From NCBI GenBank assembly GCA_013239625.1, contig MU053652.1, positions 1,428,001 to 1,492,000 on the forward strand: a DNA stretch of 64,000 bases, read 5' to 3'. The notes beneath the pieces are model-generated. The model was not told the origin of the DNA. It worked only from the letters and a program-made list of their open reading frames with translations, and did no database searches. This DNA comes from Lama guanicoe (lineage: Eukaryota). Made by a program: the position numbers and the translations under genes. This document shows, one piece after another, positions 49,991 through 61,815 of this stretch; within the stretch, counting starts at the first letter, position 1; each line of letters opens with the position of its first letter.

Positions 49991-50924
49991 GGGATAAACG
50001 ATAATAACCACCAAAAGAGCTGAGAATGAATCAGTTTTAGAAATTGCCTCTGGGAGGGGAAGTGAGGGAAAGTGGAGGGGTCAGATCAGCCAAAGCAACC
50101 AATGAGCGTGGCCCTGGGGCTCATCTCCTGCCCCAGGGAGCATCTAGTGCAGCCAGGCCCAGATAAAGCCACCTCTTTGGGGGTAATGGGAGCCCAGGGG
50201 GCTACGTGCTCTGCCACTGCTCTGACGTGTAAATGCTCCCTCCTAATCTCTGTGTTATATTTACACCACCTGGCGCTAGCCGTTTATGTATGCATGTTCT
50301 TTTGAGAAAAATTAAATCTGTAACAACCCGTTTGTTGAGTTTCTGTTGTATGACAGGCATGGTCCTGGATCCTGAGGATAGGAAGGTGAACAAATAATTG
50401 GAGATAAAATATGTTTTGAGCGACTAAAGATCTAAGATTTGTGTTTCATGGAGCTTAACTACCACTTACAAAAGGAAATCTGATTTTCTCACCACTCAGA
50501 CATCTGCCTGTTCTCCCACCTTGCTCCTTCTGCCTTCCCACTGACAGAGATTTTTGTGAAGGTCCTGGGGTGTGGGCTGCTGAAGTGACCAGACTTTCCA
50601 TTTGTGTACATCTTTGGCCAGCTGTGAGGAAGACCTGAAAATGGCCAGATTTGTGGTAAGAAGAGAGGTTTATGGCAAGAATGTGTGTCTGGGTCCAGAT
50701 TAGTATTGCCAGAGGGATAGAAAGATGATACAGAGACAGGATTTGGCTTCGCCTCTTTTATCTGAGTGACTTGCTAGCTTTTTAAGCTTGAAGACCTTCT
50801 TCAAAACAAAACCAAATGCAAAATAAACAAACAGAGTCCCAACCATTTTTGTTCTGGAAGAGCTGAGTCACTTGGGGTCCATGGGGCCGAGGTGGTGAAT
50901 TCACCCCCTGTGTTCTGTGTCTGG

Positions 50925-51040
50925 GTGTTAGATCCCTGGAGTGTTAAGGGCTCAATCTTATTTATCCTTCAGTCCCTTGTGCTCATTCAGGACAGTGCCA
51001 AGTACATAGTAAGTGCTCAAAAATTATTGTTAAATAAAAA
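50925..51040 (+). mobile_element. L2 3' terminal fragment
   Basis: aggacagtgccaagtacatagtaagtgctcaaaaattattgttaaataaa preceded by gatccctggagtgttaaggg...cttatttatcctt. Confidence 0.65.
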
Positions 51041-52482
51041 AGTAATTTGTACTATATACTAAAATAAAAGGTGCCAACAAATAATTCACTAATAAGTTTA
51101 TCTCTCAGATACATGATTTTTCCTGAATCCATAAAACGGGTCATCCGTCCATCCCTTCTCCTCTCCTTAAAAGCTGAGTGAATAAATGACGGGGGAGTGG
51201 AGAGCCCTGTTCTGAAGTGAGCATTTGCTGTGAGAGGGCAGAAGGTGTAGCCCCCGCTCCTCGGCACTGCGGATACATCTACCCGAGCACTCAGAGGACA
51301 GAGGAGTCTTGCTACTGTATATTTAAGAGAAAGGCAGCATTTTTTCCACTGTCAATACCACTTCAAGAAAATTAATTTCCTTTGAGGGTTTTTGTTTCTG
51401 CATTTTGAGTCTAATGTTGTAGTGCTCAACACACATTACATGATAGTTTTCCTTCTCCTCTCATTTTTTCCTTCTGCTTTTTCAGTAAGCCACAAATTGA
51501 TCAAATGTTTCACTGCACAGTACCCTGTGTTCTCCCCCCACCACCACTTCACGGTTCTCATTTTATTATGCACAGAGCTGATCTGAACCAAAGCAAAGCA
51601 GACACTCACTCAGACCCCAGAATAGGGCACAGATGTTTGAGGGTTACCCATGGCCAGCTCCAAAGTTTCTGTCACCAGTGGGTCCCTAGTCATCATAGAG
51701 AAGAGGGGCTAGAGGCAGGGTAGGCCATGGTCAGGATGAGACAGCAAGATCAGAAGGGGCTTTGGGAAGCGAGAGGGGAGAGCCCCGCTGCTCTGTCCTC
51801 CTGACTTGGATGCAGCTGTCACCATGAAGTGAGTCAGTTCCCTGCCCACCATCCCCCGCTCTGATCCCACCCATGGAGTTGTAGAAAGGCGTGGGTAGTA
51901 TTTTATTATAGTTGAAGAGGAATGCTTTTTTTTTTTTTGATCCCTATGGGCTGAAGGGAAAGATGTGTCGTCTTGGTCCTCTGTTTTCCCCATCTGTAAA
52001 ATGGGATTCCTTACATTTGCTCACTGAGGAAGGCAAAGAAGTATCCTGGTAAACACTCGCCTAATGAAACTGACTTCATCAGCCACTACAGGAAGAAACT
52101 AAGAGTCATGGCAAGGCTGGCTTCCCTCCTGACCGAGATCTAAACCCCTGGGGGAGGAAACTGCTTCCTGCTCAAAGGAGAGTGCTTCAGAGGGATGTTT
52201 TATGGGCACTGCTGCTAACATAGGGGATCCAGTGAAACACAGAGACACAAGTGCTTTGAGTTGGAGATCTCATCCACTCTCCTTGACAGATGTAAATTAC
52301 TGACCAGACTCAGGCATTTCCCCTCTTGGTCATCACCTGACCAAGGGAAGAGCTTTTATTTTCTAAATGATCTATTGATCTGATAAAATGATTATTACAT
52401 CACCTCTCTTGCCCATCACCGCTCACAATGGGAGAGCATTATGGGGGAAATGAATGCTTCTTCTGGAACGGGGTATGGAGGA

Positions 52483-52543
52483 GTGTGTGTTTGAGAGAGA
52501 GAGAGAACGTGTGAGTGTGCATGCGTGTATGTGTGTGTGTGTA
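52483..52543. repeat. Compound (TG)/(GA) microsatellite
   Basis: gtgtgtgtttgagagagagagagaacgtgtgagtgtgcatgcgtgtatgtgtgtgtgtgt. Confidence 0.8.
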
Positions 52544-54127
52544 AAGATTTCTGACAGAGGAAGATAGGGATTTTCAATAATATTGTTGATGGAGCCCCAG
52601 CACTCCATGCAAACCAGGCCCCTCTCCTGGGGCCGTCCTCAGGGGGTTGTAGTGGAAATTGGATGCTGGTGGGGAAAGGCGTGGAAAGGATGTGGTAGAA
52701 CAAGGCCTTCAGGGCTTAAGGAGTGAGTGGGAAGGGCTCTTGTCAGATGCAATACAGCTGCCTTAAAGGAAGGAGAGAGGGAGGGAGGACCTGCAGTGTG
52801 GAATTTCAGGCATCTGGTTGTGCCATGCAGGGATGGAAGCTGAAGAACGGGGTGACTGAGTGCAGTTCTCAGACTCTCTCGAAGCATGCCTTAGAGCAGT
52901 CTTGGGGGAGAGCCTCCTTCACTCGAGAACTAAGGTAGCTCCAAAGATCATGGGAAACTGTCTCCCGAGGCAGGTTATTGGTGGGTTACTGACCTTGAGT
53001 CAAGCTGGCCACGTGGAACTGTGCCCCTCTAGGCTGACAGAGGGCTGAAATGGGGCAGGATGGTGGACTTGTCAGTGGGACCCCAAAGCAGGACCAGCTT
53101 TAACTGCCTGGCCCTTGAAGACGGCCATGTCTGAGTCTTCAGTTACTTCTCTGGGTCCTAGAGAGCTGAGGATTTTAATAGAGAATTTCTCCAACTTCCA
53201 TGGGTCCAAGGGAACAGCTGCACCAGGGAGGTTTTTCTCTCTTGACTACATGAACTGTTTTCCCAAAGCGTCAGGGCAGACTGCCATGAAACCTTGGCAC
53301 TCTTGGGAGCTCTGGGATCAAGTACACAACCTCACACACAGAGAAACTCTTACTAAAGATGTAGATGTTGATAGTATGAAGTAGTTATCCTGGGGAAAGT
53401 TGTGAACCAGGTTGGACTTCTTACCCTTATGGTTTAGCACTACTGTAATTCTGAATTACACGATAGGGGCTCATAATGTTTTTAGTGTTTGGTCCCCGGC
53501 CAGTTTGGATGCTTTGTACCTGGAGTCCCTCAGTGGAGGGAGTGACAACTGAGTTGTTCTCTTAGGGAACCCTGGGCCTGGTAGACTTGGGTGCAGTCTG
53601 ATGAGTCATCGACCTCATGGAGACTTGGGGCCCCTTGTCTCCTCAATTCTCATTAACTATCCTTATAACAACTGAAGCTGCAAGAGGAAAGGGGAACAGT
53701 TTATGCTTTTGGAACACAACTTAGTGGAAAAAGACGCACCAGTATAATTTTAAGTAAGGAAACCAACGATGCTCTCCTCCCCGTGCCTAGGTCAGTTCAG
53801 CCTTGTAATACTTGAACTGCTGCCCAGTCTACATGGCTCTGCCCCTTCAGGATCCTGCCTGCCACTCAGAGGGGAGGGACGGGAGACCATGGAGCCCCTG
53901 ACAGCTCAGGAACCACTGACTTCTAGGAATGCTCTTGTGGGTTTCTTTAGGAAGAATGAGGGCCACCAGGCCCTGCTAAAAGGAATCTGTATAAATACGT
54001 GATGGTGTATCAGCTTTCCAAACTGGACGTGATCTCCAGTTGGAAAAAAAGAGAAGAGCCCTAGAAGGTAAAGAGAGAACTTCTCTAGACCTCTGTCCAT
54101 AGGTTACAACCAAACATATCCTCCTCA

Positions 54128-54763
54128 GTAGAAAAGGGACCCTCCTACCGTGTTGGTGGGAATGTAAATTGTTGCAGCCACTGTGGGCAACAATATGAAG
54201 GTTTGTTAAAAACTAAAAATAGGGATACTGTATGATCCAGCAATCCCACTCCTGGGCATATATCTGGAGAAAACTCAATTTGAAAAGATGCATGCTCCCC
54301 AGTGTTCACAGAAGCACTATTTACAATAGCCAAGACCTGGAAGCAACCTAAATGTCCATTGACAAATGAATGGATAAAGAAGCTGTGGTATATTTATACA
54401 ATGGAATACTACTCAGCCATAAAAAGAAATAAATAATGTCATTTGGATGGATCTAGAGATTATCATACTAAGTGAAGTAAGTCAGACAGAGAAAGACAGA
54501 TATATGATACCACTTATAAGTGGAATCTAAAATGTGAGACAAATGAATTTATTTACAAGACAGAAACAGACTCACAGACATAGAAACAAGCTTATGGTTA
54601 CCAAAGGAGGAAGTGGGTGGCAAGAGGGATAAGTCAGGAGTTTGGGATTAGCAGATACAAGCTACTGTGTATATAATAGATAAACAACAAGGACCTACTG
54701 TATAGCACAGGGGACTATATTCAATATCTTGTAATAAACTAAAATGGAACAGAATATTTAAAA
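54128..54763 (+). mobile_element. L1 3' segment (cetartiodactyl type), 5'- and apparently 3'-truncated
   Basis: gaaaagggaccctcctac...gatccagcaatcccactcctgggcatatatc...ctgtatagcacagggg; perfect 12-bp TSD atatcctcctca at 54116-54127 and 54764-54775. Confidence 0.92.
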
Positions 54764-57041
54764 ATATCCTCCTCAATGGCAGAATTGTCTTATCACTCTT
54801 TTCCCAGAAAACCTGCGTTAACAGACCACAAGACAAATGAACTTAGTTTTTGATGTTTTACACCTTCTCAACACATCTTAGCCACACAATAATGCCTCTA
54901 TCTCTTTCAAACTCCAGCTCCATTCCTTTTAAGATAGTCCCCTTAGTGGCTTCCATATATGTTGGAAAGTTCCAAAGTTCAGTTCCAAAGTTAGAACTGT
55001 GTTCGACTGCAGCTCCACCACTCACCTTCGATCGATCCCCTTTCCTCTTGCAGCTTCAGTTGTCTCAGCTGTAAAGTGGAGTTAATAATGGTACCTACTT
55101 CCTTAGCCTAGTACCTAGCCTGTCACTAAGTACTTGATCAGTGTCAGCCGCTATGATATATATAATGATGATGATGGTGGTGACGATGAAGCCAGCTGAT
55201 TGAAGACTCCCATGTTGTAGGATGAGTCTGAAGAGTTTTGATGGTGATTGTGGGAAAGAGTGTAGGTTCTGGAGTCAATTACAAGTGCATGGTGAAAGAA
55301 AACGTCTGTGAAAAGGCAGACAGACAAGAACCCCTGCATTGTGAGGGTGTGTTGCCTCAGTTGTGCTAGACCAGCCAGCTCAGTGACATTGCTCACACCG
55401 GACACCCTGGCTGTCTATTTTGTGTTGAACTTAAACCATCTTATTTTCACAAACCCAAGAATGTTTCAAAAATGGTCTTTGTAGCTATCTTGGGAAAGAG
55501 TGATGTGGTTATCTGTTCACTGAACGGTGTAATGGCCCTTATGGACGTTGCTTCATTTTTTTAGAGTTATGGTAAAAGTTTCCAGAGATGGGAGGGAAGG
55601 ACGAGGCTCTAAATGGAGAGCGGAAACCAACAGAAAGCTGAGCTGAGAGCTCTACAGACCCATCGTTATGTATGAGCTTTATCTGGGGAGTCAAGACTTG
55701 GAGATTCCTAATGCTAAGGGTTTTTCCTCCACAACAGATGATTACATCACGGCCAATTTGTGTGGCTTTGAGAGTTTATTTCATTAAAAAAGAAAGACAA
55801 AAACAAACTCACAGCTCTAATGATTGGATGTCACTGGAGAAATTCTTTTTCCTGATGTTCTTTGCACTGCGTCAACTTCACAGAGAGGATCGGACACTTC
55901 CAGTTGGCGTCTGAGCCTTCGTTCATCCTGTCCTAACTCGTGAGGTGCCACTGGGGCTGATCTTGGCAGCATCTAGAAGGCTCTCTAACAGCCTCCTGCC
56001 AGGATGCCAGGGTTATGTCTCCTTCCCACCTCTTCTCTCAACAACCGTGGGCAGGCTTGTTTAAAAAGACTGCCAAACCGATTCACCTGGAGGAGTATGT
56101 GGTTATCAGTAACTTAAGATGGCCCTCTCCCAACGAGGGCTGCTTTTTAAAGTTGAAGCAAGACCTTCACCCAAAGGAATGTCATGCAATGAGACGTTCA
56201 GGCCTCAGGTGTGTGCTGTGGCGGGGCAGGCACTGAGGAATGGGTGATTTAGGGTGAGACTCTTCAGAGTCTCTCCGAATTATTGCGCACAGTGACCTTT
56301 ACCTTACCAGTAGTCTAGGGATGTAGCAGCAGTTCTGGCTTGCAGAGAGCCTGGCACCTGGAGGAAAAGGGAGATTTGGAAAATACGGCGGAGCCTGGCT
56401 GCTGTATCCCAGACGCTTGACATTTGTAAAGGATGTGGCCTCACACCTCAGTGATTTACCAAATTTGAGAATGATACCAAGTCGTGGAATTCCTGCCCGC
56501 ACCAGCTAATAAAGTGTACTTGAGACATCTAGTGCCTCTTTCAGATCCTTGATGATCCCATAAATCTGGGACTCAGGTCATTTATAAAGCTGCCTTCTGG
56601 CCTGGACCATCACATGGTTAGACTTCTCTCTCTTCCCCATGCTTGCTGCTGCCTTTTGAGACCTGGTTTCCCACAAAGCAGCAGGGATTTATCACCTCCC
56701 ATGAGGTCCTGCCTCCGACTGACAAAGGAGGAGAGCAAAGCCCCCAGTGGAGTGACCTATCCGTGCACCAGGCCCAGAGTGCAGATTCAAGCCTGTGCCT
56801 TGGCAAAGTGACTAATGACTCACACCCCATGTCAGAAATTATGGGATCGTTCATGAATAGTTAAAGCCATGAATGCCAAGCCCTTGATGCCAAAGGCCTC
56901 CTGGGCTGATACAGGAATGACTTTAACTCTTTAACTCTTGAGCCCAACGCTGTGAAACATCACCCCAGCCCCAGGGCTGCCCGGGTTGCGGGGCATTCTA
57001 CCTTTTTGGGTTGCCTACAGCTGCCTTTATCCGCTGGCCTG

Positions 57042-58001
57042 TGTATTCATTTCTTAGGGGTGTTGTAGCGGAGTCCGACAGCCTGGGTGGCTTAGAACAA
57101 CTGAAACGTGTTGTCTTCCAGATCTGGAGGCCGGTCCAAAACTAAGCCATCAGTAGGGCCACGCTCTCTCTGAAGGAGCTGGGACGGACCTGTTCCAGGC
57201 CCCTCTCCTGACTGCCGGTAGCCTCAGACGTTCCTCCACTTGTGGGTGATTGTTTTCTTCCTGTGTTTCTCCACACCTCTTCTCTCTGTGCATGTCTCTG
57301 TCCCTTCACGTGGCATTCATTTTTACAAGGACACTGGTCTCTGGATTTAGGGTCCCCTATGAACTCATCTTTTTTTTTTTTTTGATGGTTTTCTTCATGG
57401 TTTTATTAGCACAAATACAAGGTGCATGAGCTGTCTATTCGTTTTCTTTGCTGTGCAGCCTGGCGCTGGGACTGGTGACTCCGATGGCCAGCTGGGCTGC
57501 TCTTTCCACAATGACTTTGCAGTTCTTGGAGGAGATGTAGTGAGCAGTCTCAGCACAGTAAGATTTGTTCCACATCAGCAGCACTTCGAGCTCCTCGACG
57601 TTGTGGACCAGGAATTTGTGGAAGCTGCTGGGCAGCACGTGCTTTGTTTTCTTGTTGCTCCCGTAGCCGATGCTGGGCATCAGGATCTGGCCCTTGGACC
57701 TCCTGCGCACCTGTTGTCAGTGCCTCTGGATTTCCGCCAGTTCCGCTTAATTTTGACATTATCGGTCTGACTGGTGCCGGGTGAACTTCTTGGTCCTCTT
57801 TTTGATGATCTTGGGCTTCACCAGGGGTCTGAGGGCGGCCACGATGCCGACTAGGAGACGGCTGCCACCTCCGTAGGTAGCGCCGAGGAAGAGCCAGCAT
57901 GACCTCATCCTGACTGACTGCATCTGCAGGTCGTGTTCCGAGGTCGTGGAGGGGAAGGCTTTAACATGCGGACGTTGCAGGGACACAGTTCAGCCCGCAG
58001 C
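57042..58001 (-). mobile_element. MaLR solo LTR (MLT1C-like), split by the RPL32 retrocopy
   Basis: tgtattcatttc...ctgggtggcttagaacaac...ctggaggcc...tacaaggacactggtc before the insertion, and atgacctcatcc...catctgca...gggacacagttcagccc after it. Confidence 0.85.
57370..57893 (-). pseudogene. RPL32: Processed pseudogene of ribosomal protein L32 (eL32)
   Basis: [26 protein letters not shown] and [23 protein letters not shown]...ELEVLLM.NKSYCAE...[18 protein letters not shown]. It is intronless, with a 5' TOP-like CTCTTCC (57893-57887) and the start codon mutated to GTG (57842-57840). A 1-nt insertion creates an in-frame TAA (~57760) and a 1-nt deletion follows at ~57711. Stop at 57437-57435, AATAAA at 57407-57402, A14 tail at 57383-57370, TSD atga(a/c)ctcatc at 57359-57369 and 57899-57909. 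Confidence 0.97.
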
Positions 58002-58131
58002 CGCCTCGCCAGCTTCGTTTAGACTCTGCTGCTGTTCGTGAGGAGGACGCTTTCTGGGGTGATAAACTCTGTATCATTTTACCTCTCAAAAGAGTGATAA
58101 ATCCCCAGCCTAACTGCTGTTACCATCCCAT

Positions 58132-58166
58132 CACACACGTGCACGTGTGCACATGCACGCACACAC
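58132..58166. repeat. Alternating purine-pyrimidine tract with a 16-bp palindrome and two abutting CACGTG E-boxes
   Basis: cacacgtgcacgtgtg at 58134-58149 is self-complementary; CACGTG at 58136-41 and 58142-47. Confidence 0.85.
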
Positions 58167-59513
58167 AGGCACACCCTTGGCTGCTTTTGAAGGAACTTTG
58201 GCACCTCACACCCCTTGGGGTGTCAGAAGGCTGTGCTGGGCACGTGTGGGAGCCCAAAGCTGGGCACTGAGGGGTTAAATGCGGAGGCTGGAGCCGCCCT
58301 CAGAGACCAGCATTCATTCACAACCAGGCCTGAGGGAGAGTGGAGACTAGGACGGCTGCCCTGTATAGCTCTGCCAGACTTGTTGTGAGGCTGTGTCCTT
58401 GGAGAGAAGGAATCTAAGAATGGACCACGCCCCCCAGGCCACAGGGACACGGAACCTGGGCGCCTCTGCCAGGCAGACAGCCCCGCCTCCACACGCTGGC
58501 TGGAATGAATGAGCAGTGACACCCAAGCTGCCTCGGCTTCAAGATGTCCCTGTCCTTTTTTGTCTCTGAGGCCAGGAGGACATAAGCCCTTTCCAGGGAA
58601 TCCTTCCAAAGCTGCTCTTCAGAGCCACAGAGCTGGGCTCCCCCGTCTTCTAGGAGCAAGGGTGCCATCTGAAGCGTGGTGACTGCTTGCGCCTCCTGAG
58701 AACGTGGGTGAGAGGTTGCTGGGGTGCGGTTGAGAGCTAAGAAACGCGCTTGGTGGTTAAGGCTCTTCCTCCACCTTGACTCTGTCTGCCCAGAAGAGGC
58801 GATAGATTCCCCGTTTTGCCCTCTTCAACTCTCTCACTTCCGTTTTCCTCCTGTTCTTAACTCTGCTCCCAGCAAGTTAGGAGCAGCCTCCAGGTTTGAG
58901 ACCGGCACCTTCCTCAGAGTGGGTCAGAGCCACTTTGCTCTCTTAGAGGACACCCCCATCCCCCACACTCAGGTCGGGATATGAGCCAAGTTGGAGCCAG
59001 TCATGAACGCAGGGCCACTTAACCCAAAGCCTTTGGCTAAAGCTGCCATTTTCCCTGTCACAGTCCAGGTGAAGGTCCGTGGGTCATCTGCACTCATGGG
59101 CTGTTTATCCTGTAGAGAGTCTGGTGACACCAGTTAATCTACACTCTCACCGGCCCCCTTCATGGCTGGAGGGCAGGGAGCCGTGGACAGGAACAGATCT
59201 AAAGTGCTCATGGGGACATCAGACAGAGAGTCTCGACAGTTAACTTGATTAGGCAGTCTCAGCCTTTACACAGGAAGGACTGCACCATCGAGGGTGCACC
59301 TGCTCTGTCCTGCGGCTGCACCAGGCGTCGTCACAGACGTAATCTCATTCACTCCTCCTGGTCATCCTGTGCAGCAGATCTGATCACCGTCATTTTTACA
59401 GAGGAGGCTAAACAGGGCACCAGAAACACTCCGGGGAGCCTCAAAATGCTCACTGACCCCACAAGGTCAGTGTGAAGTTGAAAGGAACCACAACCCTATT
59501 TTGGGAATCACCC

Positions 59514-59996
59514 TGACGGAGTTTCTCCCTGGGCAAACTCTGATCAGGCTCCTCTGAACTTTCTTCTCAACTCAGCCCTGACTTTGAGCTTCTGTGTTTG
59601 TCTCTGTATTGTCTAATTTTAGGAAGAATCCTGCTAAGTCAGATTTGCCAGAACCCACCCCTCCCTTGATATCTGATTGCCCTAAAATCTAATCGGGTTC
59701 CTCATCCTCCACCACCCCCACCCAAGGTGATGTCCAGTCATCCAGTTTGCCCTCAGCAAGAATCCTGTTGGGTCAGTCTGGCCAGAATCCCCCCATACCC
59801 TGATGTTTCCTCATAGTAATCTTCCATCCACTGACCCCCACCCTGTTCCTTGGCTATAAACTCCCACTTTTCCTTATTGTATTGGGAATTGAGCCCAGTC
59901 TGTCTCTCCCACTGCAGTGGTCCCGGTGCACACTGTAGCCCAATACTTGGTCTTACCGGTCTTTAGCAAGTGTTGTGAACAGTTCTTTCTTTAACG
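59514..59996 (+). mobile_element. MER31-like ERV1 solo LTR
   Basis: tgacggagtttctccctgggcaaactctgatcaggctcctctga; duplicated internal aagaatcctg...gtcag...gccagaa motif (~59624, ~59758); TATAAA at 59855; ends ttctttctttaacg. Confidence 0.8.
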
Positions 59997-60753
59997 ATGC
60001 CAAGGGGACTACCCGTGCCTTTAGGGATAGGAGAGGAGGAGACGCCTACATCCAGGGAAATTGTTCCCAGCATCTATGATCTTCTTGGCCAATGGAACCT
60101 TCTGGAAATAATCAGGGAGCAGGTCCCTCACTGCCATGGGCAGAGAGAAGGGAAGCGTTTGCTCCACAGTTCAAAGCAGCAGCAGCTTCTGTGGGCGAAA
60201 GGCTTTGGTACCTGAGAGGGAGGAGGAAACAGCAGTGAGATGCCACACTGCTCGCCTCTCTCCCTCTGCACATCCTTAAGTATCCAGTTTAAAAAAGAAC
60301 TCTGATATTACTTAGATAATCAGAGAAAAGCAACCTGGGCTTTATTGCTGTGTTTCTCCTTTCCTGAGAGCTTGTGGAGTGCCTGCTGTTAAGGGTGGAA
60401 AAATACCACCCAAGGCTCCCAACTAAGACAAAACCAACCAGCCTGGCATTGCTCTGGTACTTGCTTTAAGGCTGGCAGGACAGGTCTTTGGCAGTGCCAG
60501 CTGTGATAAAGTCACTGTTGTGTTGACACCAACGGCCAAGGGCATTTGCTGAAGCTCTGGTGGAATGTGGTGGGGGGACCTCTGTTCTGTAGTTCCCCCA
60601 GATCCAGGCATGTGGGTGCAGGAGCGGAGGGCAGGAGAATGTCAAGTTCTAAGCCAAGGCAGGAGCGTGTGGCAAGCAGAGGGCAGGGTCGAGCACGCGC
60701 ATTAAAGCCCTACCACACTTAGAATCCAGAATGTGTGCGACACTGGCGAACAG

Positions 60754-61093
60754 CAGGAGTTGGCAAACCGTGGCCCTGTGGGCCAGGTCTGACTTGAGGC
60801 CTGTTTTTGTATGGCCCCAGAGCTAAGCATGGTTTTTACATTTTTAAATAGTCAGGGGGGGGGAAAAAGTCAAAAGAAAAGTAATATTTTGTGGTAGGCG
60901 AAAATGATATGAAATTCAAATTTTAGTGTCCATAAATACGGTTTCATTGGAACACAGCTGGTTTGTCTATGGACTGGCCACGGCTGGCTTTGCACTGTAA
61001 TAGCAGAGTTGAGTAGCCACGGAGATTGTGTGGCCCACAAACCCTAAAATATTTATTATTTGGCCCTTCACAGAAAGAGCACGTTGGTCTCTG
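60754..61093. mobile_element. MER58B/C-like hAT MITE
   Basis: caggagttggcaaac...tttttgtatggccccagagctaagcatggtttttacattttt...cctaaaatatttattatttggcccttcacagaaa. Confidence 0.85.
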
Positions 61094-61099
61094 GCTAAG

Positions 61100-61320
61100 T
61101 GGGATTTAAATCCCAGTCTAGCACTTACAGGCTGTGTGACCTTGAGCCAGTTCTCCAGGCCTTCTAAGCCGCAGGTTCCTCATCTATTAAATGGAGATGC
61201 TAGTAACAGTTGCATCGTGGGGCTGTTAGGAGGATTTCCCGAGACATCAGATGTAAAGGAAGTACTTAGCAGAGGACCTGGTGCAGAATAAGTGCTCAGT
61301 AAAGGTTTGCTATTGTTATT
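61100..61320 (+). mobile_element. MIR SINE
   Basis: aaatcccagtctagcacttacaggctgtgtgaccttgagc...cctcatctattaaatggagat...aagtgctcagtaaaggtttgctattgttatt. Confidence 0.88.
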
Positions 61321-61359
61321 CTGTTTGTTAAACTTCTCGGGGAAAGGGGTTTGGCCTCT

Positions 61360-61815
61360 GTGATGGAGACTGCTGGTTTGCTAACCCTACGCATCCTCCC
61401 AATTTATCACTTTACAGTCTGGAAAAGCAAAATATTTGCTTTCCCAGTCTCCCTTGCATCCAGGAATGGCCATATGATACAATCTGGCCAGTAAGACATG
61501 GATGGAAGTTTGCTTTGAGTGTTCTGGGAAAGCTTTTGATTTCCTAATAATAGGATAGTATGGTTAAGCACCCTCTTCTTGCCTTTACTCCCTGTGTGAT
61601 GTCTGGAACTGGGGCAGCCATTTTGGGCTCATGAAAGGAACAGCCAATAGAATTACAAAGGCCACTTGCCCTGACATCACTAAGCTGCTGAGTCAATGCA
61701 ATCAGCAACCTACCTTCAGACTTTTTGTTGTTTGAGAAAAATAAAACCCTATTTGTTTAAATCATTCTAAATCAGGTTTTCTGATACTTGTAACTGGAGA
61801 CATTTCTGATTGTTA
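61360..61815 (+). mobile_element. ERVL-class solo LTR (LTR16/LTR33-like)
   Basis: ttcccagtctcccttgcatc...ggccatatgatacaatctggccagtaag...ttctgggaaagctttt...ggcagccattttg...ggttttctgatacttgtaactg. Confidence 0.75.

Noticed and set aside
22990..56830. Scattered AP-1 heptamers (TGAGTCA/TGACTCA)
   Set aside because: About eight are expected by chance in 64 kb at uniform base composition, and I saw no convincing clustering.
57435..57710. Functional RPL32 CDS
   Set aside because: Start codon lost, in-frame stop and frameshifts, substitutions at conserved residues, and a genomic poly(A) with TSD.
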